DNA from: Pirellulales bacterium
GTDB lineage: Bacteria > Planctomycetota > Planctomycetia > Pirellulales > UBA1268
Length of the DNA: 64,000 nucleotides
Direction of reading: 5' to 3'
Assembly: GCA_044342075.1 (NCBI GenBank)
Contig: JBIIQM010000001.1
Coordinates: 15,847-79,846 of the forward strand
Shown: positions 19,193 through 27,970 of the stretch, in pieces
Layout of the letters: each line of letters starts with the position of its first letter
Numbering within the stretch: the first letter of the stretch is position 1
Notes under the pieces: generated by a model
Told to the model about the DNA's origin: nothing
Database searches by the model: none
The model's input: the letters and a program-made list of their open reading frames with translations, nothing else
Program-made: the position numbers and the translations under genes

Positions 19193-20191
19193 TCACGTCT
19201 GTTCGTCGTAGGCTTCGACGATCCGCTGCACGAGCGGATGCCGGACGATGTCTTTGCCACCGAGCCGCACGCGGCAGCAGCCGCGGACGTCTTGCAGGCG
19301 ATTCATGGCATCGATCAGTCCGCTCGAACGGTTGGCCGGCAGGTCGATCTGCGTCGTGTCGCCGGAGATCACCATCTTCGAGCCCATGCCGAGCCGCGTC
19401 AGAAACATCTTCATCTGCGAGATCGTCGTGTTTTGGGCTTCGTCGAGAATGATGAAGGCGTTGTTGAGCGTGCGGCCGCGCATGTAGGCCAGCGGGATCA
19501 TCTCGATGACATCCTGCTCGGTGAGCCGCTTGAGCACGTCGTAATCCATCATCTCGCGGAGCGCGTCCATGAGCGGCCGCAGGTAGGGATTGATCTTGGC
19601 CTGCAGGTCGCCGGGCAGAAAGCCGAGGCTCTCGCCGGCCTCCACCGCGGGCCGCACGAGGACGATCTTCCGCACCTCTTCAGCACGGAGCGCCGCGACG
19701 GCCATCGCCACGGCAAGGAATGTCTTGCCGCTGCCGGCCGGACCCGCACAGAGGACGACGTCGTTGTCTTGGATCGCCTTCACGTAGGCCGCCTGCCCAT
19801 CCGACCGCGGCTGCACCTGCCGGCCGACCCGGTGGACCTCGATCGCCGCGTGTTGCATGGGCGGCTTCTCGCCGGTCGCCACGGCGAGCAGGGCGGCCAC
19901 GTCCTCAGCCTCGACGGCCCCCTGTTCACGAGCGATCTTGTCGAGCTGCTCGAAGACCTCGGTGGCGCGGAGGACGGCCGGCTCCTCCCCTTCGATCTGG
20001 ATCGAGTCATCCCGCGCCGACACGCCGACCCCGAGCGTCGAACGGATTCGACGTAAATGCTGGTCACGCGGCCCGAAGATCGTGAGGAGCCTCTTCGAGT
20101 CGACAACCGCGATGGTCGTGCGGGGCATCGGAGCCCGCGGCGAATGAGTCGCCGACGGTCTCGGGGGAAAGGGATTCGAAACCACCCACAA
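19193..20191 (-). CDS. phoH: PhoH-family ATPase
   Basis: Walker A GPAGSGKTFLA, PhoH signature ILDEAQN, GD.TQIDLP. Alternative start at 20128. Confidence 0.9.
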   Translation of the reverse strand: MWVVSNPFPPRPSATHSPRAPMPRTTIAVVDSKRLLTIFGPRDQHLRRIRSTLGVGVSARDDSIQIEGEEPAVLRATEVFEQLDKIAREQGAVEAEDVAALLAVATGEKPPMQHAAIEVHRVGRQVQPRSDGQAAYVKAIQDNDVVLCAGPAGSGKTFLAVAMAVAALRAEEVRKIVLVRPAVEAGESLGFLPGDLQAKINPYLRPLMDALREMMDYDVLKRLTEQDVIEMIPLAYMRGRTLNNAFIILDEAQNTTISQMKMFLTRLGMGSKMVISGDTTQIDLPANRSSGLIDAMNRLQDVRGCCRVRLGGKDIVRHPLVQRIVEAYDEQT

Positions 20192-20216
20192 ATATACCCG
20201 CTCCCGGCGCCGGTCG

Positions 20217-20313
20217 AGAAAAAGGTGTCAGGACTCTTTTCCGGCCATTTGCCGGACTTTATTACCGTTGAAAAAAAGGGGGCGGCCGGAAAAGAGTCCT
20301 GACACCTTTTTCT
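20217..20313. repeat. ~100-bp hairpin element with perfect 30-bp terminal inverted repeats (family 2, copy 1)
   Basis: AGAAAAAGGTGTCAGGACTCTTTTCCGGCC, a 37-nt centre, then the exact reverse complement. The cdsA TAG stop lies at its right end. Confidence 0.9.
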
Positions 20314-21229
20314 ACAGCCACAAGACCCAGGCCACTGGGGCGGCCAGGAGGAGCGAATCGACGAGGTCGAGCACGCCCCCCATGCCGCCGAGCGACCGTC
20401 CGGAATCCTTGAGCCCGGCCTCCCGCTTGAGGAGCGACTCCGCAAGGTCGCCGAGTATCCCGGCCAGGCCCACGGCCACGCCGAAGACCGGCCAACCGCC
20501 CCACGGCTGCGCGGCCACCGGGGTTGGCCAGTGCTCGAGCACGAGCCAGGCCACGAAGAGCGAGCCGGCGAGTGAGGCCACCGCGCCCTCCCACGTTTTC
20601 CCTGGGCTAAGGAGCGGCGCCATGCGGTTTCTGCCGATGGCCGAGCCGATGATATAGGCCGCGATGTCGCCCCCCTTCACCACGGCCACGAGGCTCACGA
20701 GCGGCAGGATGCCGAGATGACCGCGGCCCGATTGCTCGGGCCCGAGGTTCTCGAGGCAGAGAAGACGCAGGCTCACCATGAATGCCAGCGGCAGACCGAG
20801 GTAGGCGAGGATCAGGGCCGAGAACGCGAGACTTTCCGCAGACCGCGCCTGCGGCCGATAGGCGGCGATCGCGTCCAAAAACAGCACGCCAATGCCCAGC
20901 ATAAGAGCAGCTGCCGCCCAGCCCATCGCCGCTGCCGGCGAGGCAAACGCATTCGCGGCGCCGAAGGCCTGCGCGCCGAAGGCGGCCGCGAGGGGGATCG
21001 CCACCACCGCGCCCCGCAAGAGCCAGGAAGGCAGGAAAAGATCGTGCGACGCGAAGAGCCGCACGAGTTCCTGCGCGCCGCCCACGGCCAGGAGCACGAC
21101 GATCGGCAGGAGCCACCAGGCCGGCATCGCGCCGCCGAAGCTGTTGGCGTCGGCCCAGGCGAGCAGGCCGAACGTGGCGGCCACAGCCGCCGCCACCACC
21201 ACCCGCGATGCCTTCGAGGCGTCGTTCAT
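20312..21229 (-). CDS. cdsA: phosphatidate cytidylyltransferase
   Basis: Polytopic, with the CDS signature SPGKTWEG...GD..ES..KR..G.KDSG. The ATG at 21229 overlaps the uppS stop. The long ORF to 22408 is rejected. Confidence 0.88.
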   Translation of the reverse strand: MNDASKASRVVVAAAVAATFGLLAWADANSFGGAMPAWWLLPIVVLLAVGGAQELVRLFASHDLFLPSWLLRGAVVAIPLAAAFGAQAFGAANAFASPAAAMGWAAAALMLGIGVLFLDAIAAYRPQARSAESLAFSALILAYLGLPLAFMVSLRLLCLENLGPEQSGRGHLGILPLVSLVAVVKGGDIAAYIIGSAIGRNRMAPLLSPGKTWEGAVASLAGSLFVAWLVLEHWPTPVAAQPWGGWPVFGVAVGLAGILGDLAESLLKREAGLKDSGRSLGGMGGVLDLVDSLLLAAPVAWVLWL

Positions 21230-22002
21230 GATGGCGAGAGCCCTCCGAAACGGCGCTCGCGTGAGGCGAATGCCTGGATCGCCTCGTCGAGGTGCGCCTC
21301 GGTGAAGTCGGGCCACAGGGCGTCGGTCACCCAGAGCTCGGCGTAGCTGACCTGCCAGAGCAGGAAGTTGCTGATCCGCATTTCGCCCGCCGTGCGGACG
21401 AGGAGATCGGGTTCGGGCATGCCCGCGGTGTCGAGCCGCGCGGCGAAGAGGTCCTCGTCGATCGCGGCGGGGTCGAGCGTGCCAGCCCGCGCCTCCTCGG
21501 CGAGCTTCTGCGCGGCGGCCACGATCTCGCCGCGGCCGCCGTAATTGATCGCGAGGCAGAGTCGCATGCCGTCGTTCGCGGCGCACATGCCAACGGTGCG
21601 GTCCATCGCAGCGAGCGTGGCCTCGGGCAGGCCGTCGCGGCGGCCGATCATCGCGATCCGGATCCGCTCCCGCATGAGCAGCGCCCGCTCCTCCACCATG
21701 TATTGCTCGAGCAGGTGCATGAGGAAGTCGAGCTCGGCCGCGGGCCGACGCCAATTCTCGCTCGAGAGGCAGTAGAGCGTGAGCTGCTCGACGCCCAACC
21801 GCGCGCAGTGCTCGGTGATCCGCCGCACACTCGCCACGCCCTGGCGGTGGCCTTCGATCCGCGGCAGGCCGCGGGTTTGCGCCCAGCGGCCGTTGCCGTC
21901 CATGATGATGGCGATGTGCCGGGGACGACGATCGGCCGCCGGGGCGGGCGCTGCCGCACCGCTCACGCGTTGGCCCGCACGGGCTGCTGGTGTCGTGGCC
22001 AT
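21226..22002 (-). CDS. uppS: isoprenyl transferase (undecaprenyl-diphosphate synthase)
   Basis: HIAIIMDGNGRWA, cis-IPPS motifs RTAGE.R.SNFLLWQ..YAEL. Confidence 0.93.
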   Translation of the reverse strand: MATTPAARAGQRVSGAAAPAPAADRRPRHIAIIMDGNGRWAQTRGLPRIEGHRQGVASVRRITEHCARLGVEQLTLYCLSSENWRRPAAELDFLMHLLEQYMVEERALLMRERIRIAMIGRRDGLPEATLAAMDRTVGMCAANDGMRLCLAINYGGRGEIVAAAQKLAEEARAGTLDPAAIDEDLFAARLDTAGMPEPDLLVRTAGEMRISNFLLWQVSYAELWVTDALWPDFTEAHLDEAIQAFASRERRFGGLSPS

Positions 22003-23321
22003 GGTTTCTCGTCGGCAGCCGCGGGGCAGAGGATCGTCTGGGACCGGTCGGGGCCGACCGAAACGATCGACACCGGCCGGCCGAGGAGCGTGCCGATCTT
22101 CGCGATGTAGCGGCGGGCCCCTTCGGGCAGATCATCGTAGCGGCGAACGCCCGAGAGTTCCTCCTGCCAGCCGGGCACCGTCTCGTAGACGGGCACGGCC
22201 TTCTTGAGGTCGTCCACGTGGCTCGGGAAGTGCTCCACCCGCTTTCCGTCGATCGTGTAGGCGGAACAGATCTTGATCTCGTCGAATCCCGAGAGCACGT
22301 CGAGCAGCATGACGGCCAGTTCGTCCACGCCGGACAGTCGCGCGGTGTAGCGGGCGGCGACGGCGTCGAACCAGCCGCAGCGACGCGGCCGCCGGGTGAC
22401 CGTGCCATATTCGTTGCCGCGATCGCGGAGCCGCTGCCCCGTGGCGTTGTCCTGCTCGGTGGGCATCGGGCCGCCGCCGACTCGCGTGGAATAGGCCTTC
22501 ACCACGCCGATCACCCGTTCGACCCAGCGGCCGGGCACGCCCGATCCGCTCGCCACGCCGAGGCCGGAGGAATTGCTGCTGGTGACGTAGGGAAACGTGC
22601 CGTGGTCGATGTCGAGCAGCGCCCCTTGCGCGCCCTCGAAGAGCAGTTTCTTGCCCGCCTCGATCGCGTCGAGCAGGTAGGCATTCGTGTCGCAGACGAA
22701 GGGCTCGAGCCGCTTCGCGTATTGCATGTATTGGTCGTGGATCGCGGCGGCATCGAGATCGGCGCCCGCGTCGGCGCCCCCCGCGGCCTGCTGCCAGCCG
22801 GCGAAGAGCCGCTTCTTGTGTTCGACGATGTGCGCGAGCTTCGCGCGGAAGTCGCTGCGGTAGAGGTCGCCGAGCCGGATGGCGAGCGAGCGGCCCACCT
22901 TGTCTCGGTAGCAGGGGCCGATGCCGCGTCCCGTCGTGCCGATCGCCTCGCCCCCGGAGACGCTCCCGTCGAGGAGTTTGTCTTCGGCGATGTGCCAGGG
23001 GAAGACGACATGCGCCCGGTCGCTGAGCATCAGCTTGCCCGCCACCTTCACGCCCCGCGATTCCAGGCCGTCGATCTCCTTGATCACGCTGGCAGGATCG
23101 AGCACGACGCCGCCGGTGACCACGCAGGTGACGCCGTCGCGGAGGATGCCGCTGGGGATGAGGGAGAGCTTCCAGGTCTCGCCGCCGGAGACGACCGTGT
23201 GGCCGGCGTTCGCACCGCCGGCGTAGCGGACGACGATCTCGTTTTGCTCGGTGAGAATGTCGACGAGCTTGCCCTTGGCCTCGTCACCCCACTGCAGACC
23301 GATGACGCATGTGCCGGGCAC
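21963..23321 (-). CDS. purA: adenylosuccinate synthase
   Basis: N-terminal GLQWGDEAKGK, GIGPCY, TTGRG-type motifs along the full length. Confidence 0.95.
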   Translation of the reverse strand: MPGTCVIGLQWGDEAKGKLVDILTEQNEIVVRYAGGANAGHTVVSGGETWKLSLIPSGILRDGVTCVVTGGVVLDPASVIKEIDGLESRGVKVAGKLMLSDRAHVVFPWHIAEDKLLDGSVSGGEAIGTTGRGIGPCYRDKVGRSLAIRLGDLYRSDFRAKLAHIVEHKKRLFAGWQQAAGGADAGADLDAAAIHDQYMQYAKRLEPFVCDTNAYLLDAIEAGKKLLFEGAQGALLDIDHGTFPYVTSSNSSGLGVASGSGVPGRWVERVIGVVKAYSTRVGGGPMPTEQDNATGQRLRDRGNEYGTVTRRPRRCGWFDAVAARYTARLSGVDELAVMLLDVLSGFDEIKICSAYTIDGKRVEHFPSHVDDLKKAVPVYETVPGWQEELSGVRRYDDLPEGARRYIAKIGTLLGRPVSIVSVGPDRSQTILCPAAADEKPWPRHQQPVRANA

Positions 23322-23458
23322 GGTTCGAGTTCCTCACGAAAATAGAAACGGACAACCTCTGGAGGCTGCCGAAGTGAGGCCTCCCCACAGAGTCTAAAAC
23401 TGCGGAAAACCCGGTCAAGGGACGCCATCTTCCCCGCCGCGTGTGTTACCCTCGGAGC

Positions 23459-24436
23459 ATGAAACCGTCCACCGGAACCGTTCATCACGTCACCGCCGCC
23501 GAACGCGGCCAAACGCTCGCGGCCTTCCTGCGGGCCAAGCTCGGCGCGAGCTGGGGCCGCGTGCAGAAGATGGTGCGATCGCGGCACGTCATGATCCACG
23601 GCAACATCTGCACCGACGCCGCCCGGCGGCTGAAGGATGGCGAGGTGGTGAAGGTTTTGGAGGTGGCGGCGACCGCGCCCCCGAAGGCCGACGACGTGCG
23701 GATCGTCTTCGTCGACGATCAGGTGGTCGTGGTCGAGAAGCCCACGGGGATCACCACGACGCGTCACACTGAGGAGCTCTCCTGGCCCACCCGCCGCCGG
23801 CAGGTGCAGCCCACGCTCGACGAGATGGTGCCGGAGGCGATTCACCAGCACCTCGCGCGGAAGTTCGGCGGCCGCGGGAAGAAGCCGCGGCGGCTGCCGC
23901 CGGTGCGCGCGGTCCACCGCATCGACCGCGAGACGAGCGGCCTCGTCGTCTTCGCGCGGACGGTTCCCGCCGAACGAATCCTCGCCGAGCAGTTTCGGGC
24001 CCACACGACGGAGCGCCGCTACCTCGCGCTCTGCGTGGGCCGCGTGGGATCCGGTTCGATCATCACGAATCTCGTCCGCGATCGGGGCGACGGCCGTCGC
24101 GGCTCGTCGGGCACCGAGGAAGGCAAGCGGGCCGTCACCCACGTCGAGCCGGTCGAGCACTATGGCGACGCCTACACGCTCGTAGCCTGCCGGCTCGAAA
24201 CGGGCCGCACCCACCAGATTCGCATCCACATGGCGGAGACGGGGCATCCCGTCTGTGGCGAGCGGGTCTACTCGGCGCCGCGGCATCTCAAGGTGACCGA
24301 CGACTCGGCCGCGCCACGGGTGATGCTCCACGCCGCCGAGCTCGGCTTCGTGCATCCGGAGACAGGCGAATTGATCCGGTTCGAAAGCCCGCTCCCCGCC
24401 GACATGAAAAAAACCCTTTCTCTCCTCCGCAAGTAG
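23459..24436 (+). CDS. RluA-family pseudouridine synthase (RluD-like, S4 domain plus catalytic domain)
   Basis: S4-like N-terminus and catalytic HRIDRETSGLVVFA. ATG at 23459 (GTG at 23441 possible). Its TAG stop is in a REP head. Confidence 0.88.
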   Translation: MKPSTGTVHHVTAAERGQTLAAFLRAKLGASWGRVQKMVRSRHVMIHGNICTDAARRLKDGEVVKVLEVAATAPPKADDVRIVFVDDQVVVVEKPTGITTTRHTEELSWPTRRRQVQPTLDEMVPEAIHQHLARKFGGRGKKPRRLPPVRAVHRIDRETSGLVVFARTVPAERILAEQFRAHTTERRYLALCVGRVGSGSIITNLVRDRGDGRRGSSGTEEGKRAVTHVEPVEHYGDAYTLVACRLETGRTHQIRIHMAETGHPVCGERVYSAPRHLKVTDDSAAPRVMLHAAELGFVHPETGELIRFESPLPADMKKTLSLLRK

Positions 24437-24485
24437 GACAGGCTTCAGCCTGTCGGAGTCCGGTGGGGCAGGCTTCCAGCCTGCC
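24433..24485 (+). repeat. two tandem REP units (consensus plus GTGG-head variant with a 5-nt loop)
   Basis: 24433-24454 consensus; 24463-24485 GTGGGGCAGGCTTCCAGCCTGCC. Confidence 0.88.
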
Positions 24486-24512
24486 GTTTCATCGCACACT
24501 GGCTTCCCAGCC

Positions 24513-25523
24513 CTACGGTGCCGCGACCTCGCCGCCGGCCCGCGTGGCGAGCGCCTTCCACACCGCTGGATCGACACCATCCTCGACGAACTGCGCCGAC
24601 CCGTCGGCCATGAGCACATTCACCCCGCCGGGATGCCGGCTCCGCGCCGCCCGCCAGCCGTAGGCTGCGTAGAGCCTGTCTGCCTTCCCTGCGGGCGGGC
24701 TCATGAGCACACCCATGCAATCCATCGTCGTGTCGTTGGGCATGAGCCGGTGGTTGTACATCGTCGTTCGGTATTCACCGTTTGCCCAGGCGAACCCCCG
24801 AGGATCGCTGAAGTTCCAAACCGCCGTGGCCGCGCACGACGCCTCCGACAGCGGGGCCGACATGATAAATTGATAGGCGTTCGCTGGAGTGACGGTCGAT
24901 CGGTTGGCGCTTGCGGAATCGCCCAGCAGGCTTTCCGAAAAAGCGACTGTCTTCGTCAGGCCGTCCGTGACGTCTTTCATCCTGATCTGCGAGTTGATGA
25001 AGAAGAGGCCGTCCGTGTCGTACGGCGTGCCGTCGTTGCCGCTGCCGGTACAGGCCGCGTAGTTCGTCGGCCCGAAGATCGGCGAAACGGCCAAGCCCCT
25101 GTCGCTCGGGCAGAGGAACAACGGCACGGTAATCTTGACGATAGGCTTATTCTGCGGCGCGATCGCGTCGGGCCGCAGGTCGATGTAGAGCGGAACTGAA
25201 CGGTCGAGTCCGTTGAGCAACGCCTGCTCTTCGTAGTAGGGCGAGAGGTGCGCGAGCGCGGACCAGCGGCAATGCTGGGGGGTCACGCGTGGAAACGCAG
25301 GGAAAGATCGCGATTCGGAACCAACCGGGTATCTACGACTGGCCGACTCGTAGTTGGCGAGCCCAAGCCCGAGCTGTCGCATGTTGTTGACGCACGCCGT
25401 CCGTCGGCCCGACTCTCGAGCTTGCTGCACGGCCGGAAGCAGAAGCCCCACGAGCGCCCCGATGATCGCGACGACCACGAGGAGTTCGACGAGCGTGACG
25501 CCTGTTCGTCGCACGTGCCTCAC
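24513..25523 (-). CDS. DUF1559 protein with prepilin-type N-terminal cleavage/methylation domain
   Basis: RRTG-VTLVELLVVVAIIGALVGLLLPAVQQARE..R...C.NN..Q, typical of planctomycete DUF1559 proteins. Start ambiguous (25559, 25523 or 25514, all GTG). Confidence 0.85.
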   Translation of the reverse strand: MRHVRRTGVTLVELLVVVAIIGALVGLLLPAVQQARESGRRTACVNNMRQLGLGLANYESASRRYPVGSESRSFPAFPRVTPQHCRWSALAHLSPYYEEQALLNGLDRSVPLYIDLRPDAIAPQNKPIVKITVPLFLCPSDRGLAVSPIFGPTNYAACTGSGNDGTPYDTDGLFFINSQIRMKDVTDGLTKTVAFSESLLGDSASANRSTVTPANAYQFIMSAPLSEASCAATAVWNFSDPRGFAWANGEYRTTMYNHRLMPNDTTMDCMGVLMSPPAGKADRLYAAYGWRAARSRHPGGVNVLMADGSAQFVEDGVDPAVWKALATRAGGEVAAP

Positions 25524-26536
25524 GCCTTCCGCCGCCGACTCCGCCACAGTCCCGCGCACGACACGCCTGCGAGTGCAAGCAACGCCGCTGATGGCTCCGG
25601 CACAGCGACGATGCCGCCGATCTGGCCGTATTGAGACGCTCCGAAAGCGGAGACCAAATCCGCGTCGGCATCGAACTGGTAGATAAGCCCGGCCGGGCCG
25701 GAGACGCTGCCGACAAGCAGGCCCCCGTTCGAGAGCGCTGCCAGCGGGCCGATGTAATCTCCACTAGCGTACGCATAAGGCACGGTGTTGCTGGATGTAT
25801 TGGGGTTCGAGAGATCGGTCTTGTAAACCCATCCGTCCATCGCGCTGGCGACAAAGAGGGAGTTGCCAACGATCGCGAGACCAGCGGGGCCAAACAAACC
25901 ACCGGTCGCTGATCCATCCGCAGTGACCTGCGTTTGAAACGTTCCGGAAGAATCAAATTCCAAAACGTTGCCCGTCATCGCAAACGTCGCGATGTTGTAG
26001 AGGGAATTGCTGACGTAGAGCGTGCCGTCCGCGGCAACGGCCAGTCCCGGGCTGTAATCGACCGAAGTGCCGGTCGTGTAGGCCTGCACCGACGGCGTTT
26101 GTCCTGCGTTCCACCCTGAGACCTCGAGCACGGGCCCCGTCGGGTAGCTAAAGAACGCCGTTTCAGGGTTGCGACCCACCAGCATTTGGCCGCCCTGCGC
26201 ACTCGTGCGGAAGGCAATCGCACCTGGGCTCGCGGGACCACTGCCCGCTAGCGATACGACAGTCGCCACCGAGCCGGTTGTCATCACGTAGCGTGCAACT
26301 CTTCCTCCCCCCGCGCCGTCGCCAATATAAAGGTTACCGTCAGGCCCCAAGGCGAGCGCAGTAGGCGACGTGAACGTGTTGTTCGCGGCGATCTGCGTGA
26401 TTGCAGTACCAGAGGTGTCGAAGCTGTAGAGACCACCCGTAGTCTTGCTGGTGAAGTACACCGTGTCCGCGTTGGCCCGAACCGCTGGCGCAATGACGGC
26501 GACGACGACGAAGAGAGGGAGTAATCGGCGAATCAT
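25520..26536 (-). CDS. PEP-CTERM-anchored beta-propeller (NHL-like repeat) protein
   Basis: ATG at 26536 after GGAGAA. Signal peptide is MIRRLLPLFVVVAVIAPAVRA, with repeated P.GLA...DG.LYV units and a C-terminal VPEPSAALLALAGVSCAGLWRSRRRKA. Confidence 0.8.
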   Translation of the reverse strand: MIRRLLPLFVVVAVIAPAVRANADTVYFTSKTTGGLYSFDTSGTAITQIAANNTFTSPTALALGPDGNLYIGDGAGGGRVARYVMTTGSVATVVSLAGSGPASPGAIAFRTSAQGGQMLVGRNPETAFFSYPTGPVLEVSGWNAGQTPSVQAYTTGTSVDYSPGLAVAADGTLYVSNSLYNIATFAMTGNVLEFDSSGTFQTQVTADGSATGGLFGPAGLAIVGNSLFVASAMDGWVYKTDLSNPNTSSNTVPYAYASGDYIGPLAALSNGGLLVGSVSGPAGLIYQFDADADLVSAFGASQYGQIGGIVAVPEPSAALLALAGVSCAGLWRSRRRKA

Positions 26537-26818
26537 GATGTTCTCCATGCAGCCAAAACAGGCAGGGGGCGGGCATGACCGCGCAGCAACGATCTCGAAG
26601 GGGATCAGCCATCTGAACCGGTGACAAAAGCCCATCACGCACATCCGCGTGGCGGGGGAACGGTCACCGAAAAAGAAGAGCCAGCGTCCGAAACGAGACG
26701 GCGGCTACGCGTTCACGAGCGTTTTCCGGGGGGTCTGTATCCAGTCGCCTCCGCGGCGATGGAACAACAATTTTATACCGCAGCGAAAACCGGCTGCAAG
26801 CAGCCGGAAAGTGGGTAA

Positions 26819-26889
26819 TTGCCCGACTAGGATTCGAACCTAGACAAAGGGAACCAAAATCCCTTGTGCTACCGTTACACCATCGGGCA
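26819..26889 (-). tRNA. tRNA-Gln (anticodon UUG)
   Basis: Cloverleaf folded by hand: acceptor TGCCCGA/TCGGGCA (U1-A72), anticodon stem AGGGA/TCCCT, loop TTTTGGT, T-arm CTAGG-TTCGAAT-CCTAG. 71 nt, no encoded CCA. Confidence 0.9.
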
Positions 26890-26965
26890 GTGAAGCGGAA
26901 TTCGCCCCATCATAACATTTGCCCGCCGGGCTACCGACGGCATCCTGGAGGCCGCTTCGTCCAAA

Positions 26966-27019
26966 GTAGACCGCTTGCTCCGCAAGCGGATCTGCTTGGC
27001 AGGCTGAAGCCTACCCTAC
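26966..27019. repeat. class-2 GTAG hairpin (26966-26989) plus REP variant (26998-27019)
   Basis: GTAGACCGCTTGC-TCC-GCAAGCGG, then GGCAGGCTGAAGCCTACCCTAC. Confidence 0.85.
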
Positions 27020-27681
27020 TCGGGCTCGCCGATCTGGCGGAGCAGTTCGGCCATGCGGGCCTGCAGGTCGAGCATCGCCTGCCAGTTCGGGAATTCGAGT
27101 TCCACCTTCTCGTTGCCCGGCCGCATCACGGCGCCCTCCGTCGCCTCGCGGAGCACGCCCTGCACGTAGTCGAGCAGCTCGGCGAGCTCAGCCGACTGTG
27201 CCGGGCTCAACCGTCCGGGCAACGGCGGTGGCCCACCGGGCAGGAGCGGCGCACGCACCTCGGAGAGATCCTCGATCACGTCCGATTGATGCGCCGCGAG
27301 CCGCTTCATCTGGTCGTCCATCTGGCGACGAACCGACTCCGCCTCGGGATGCTTCGCCGCGATCTCGGCGATCCGCCGGTCGATGTCGCTATGGGAGCCG
27401 ACGAGCAGGAGTGAACGGCCGACCGAGATCAGGTCGCCATCGCGGACGATCCGCACCTGGATGTCTTCGCCGTTGACCTTCGTGCCGTTGGTGCTCTCGA
27501 GGTCGGTGAGGACGATCTTCTCGTTGTCTTCCTGCAGCTTGAGGTGGTAGCGGCTGATCCGCTCGTCGTTGAGCTGGATCGAGTTCCCCTCTTCGCGGCC
27601 GATCGTGACGGGCGTGGGCAGATCGTCGAAGATCCGCCCGCGATCGGCACCGTGCAGCACTCTGAGCGTGACGTGTCCCAT
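27016..27681 (-). CDS. FHA domain protein
   Basis: N-terminal FHA motifs (IGREEGNSIQL.D..ISRYH, STNGT.VNG) and a helical C-terminal half. The ORF extends to 27726. Its TAG stop is in a REP head. Confidence 0.85.
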   Translation of the reverse strand: MGHVTLRVLHGADRGRIFDDLPTPVTIGREEGNSIQLNDERISRYHLKLQEDNEKIVLTDLESTNGTKVNGEDIQVRIVRDGDLISVGRSLLLVGSHSDIDRRIAEIAAKHPEAESVRRQMDDQMKRLAAHQSDVIEDLSEVRAPLLPGGPPPLPGRLSPAQSAELAELLDYVQGVLREATEGAVMRPGNEKVELEFPNWQAMLDLQARMAELLRQIGEPE

Positions 27682-27970
27682 GCTTCTTCGATGATCCCCC
27701 ATAAACCCCATATGGTCAATTCGCATGGCGCGGCCGTCGACGTCACAACCGTCGCGACCCGTACAACCGTGCTTTCGGACGGGCGAAGTGAACGTCCACG
27801 GCGTCGCGGCCCCTGCCGCAAAGATGCATTGTTCACCGATTCATTGCGGACTCCTCACCCACCGGGCTATCCTCCTCCAAGCGAGCGTTGCAGCGACAAC
27901 TGCGAGTGCCGTTCGCTAGCCATCCGTCCAGGTCTGGCTTTGCCCACCCTTTTGGATTGTTTGGAAAAAT

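Noticed and set aside
21230-22408. Upstream extension of the cdsA ORF (20312-22408)
   Set aside because: It overlaps uppS and purA in another frame and has an Arg/Pro-rich translation. The CdsA sequence starts at the Met encoded at 21229.
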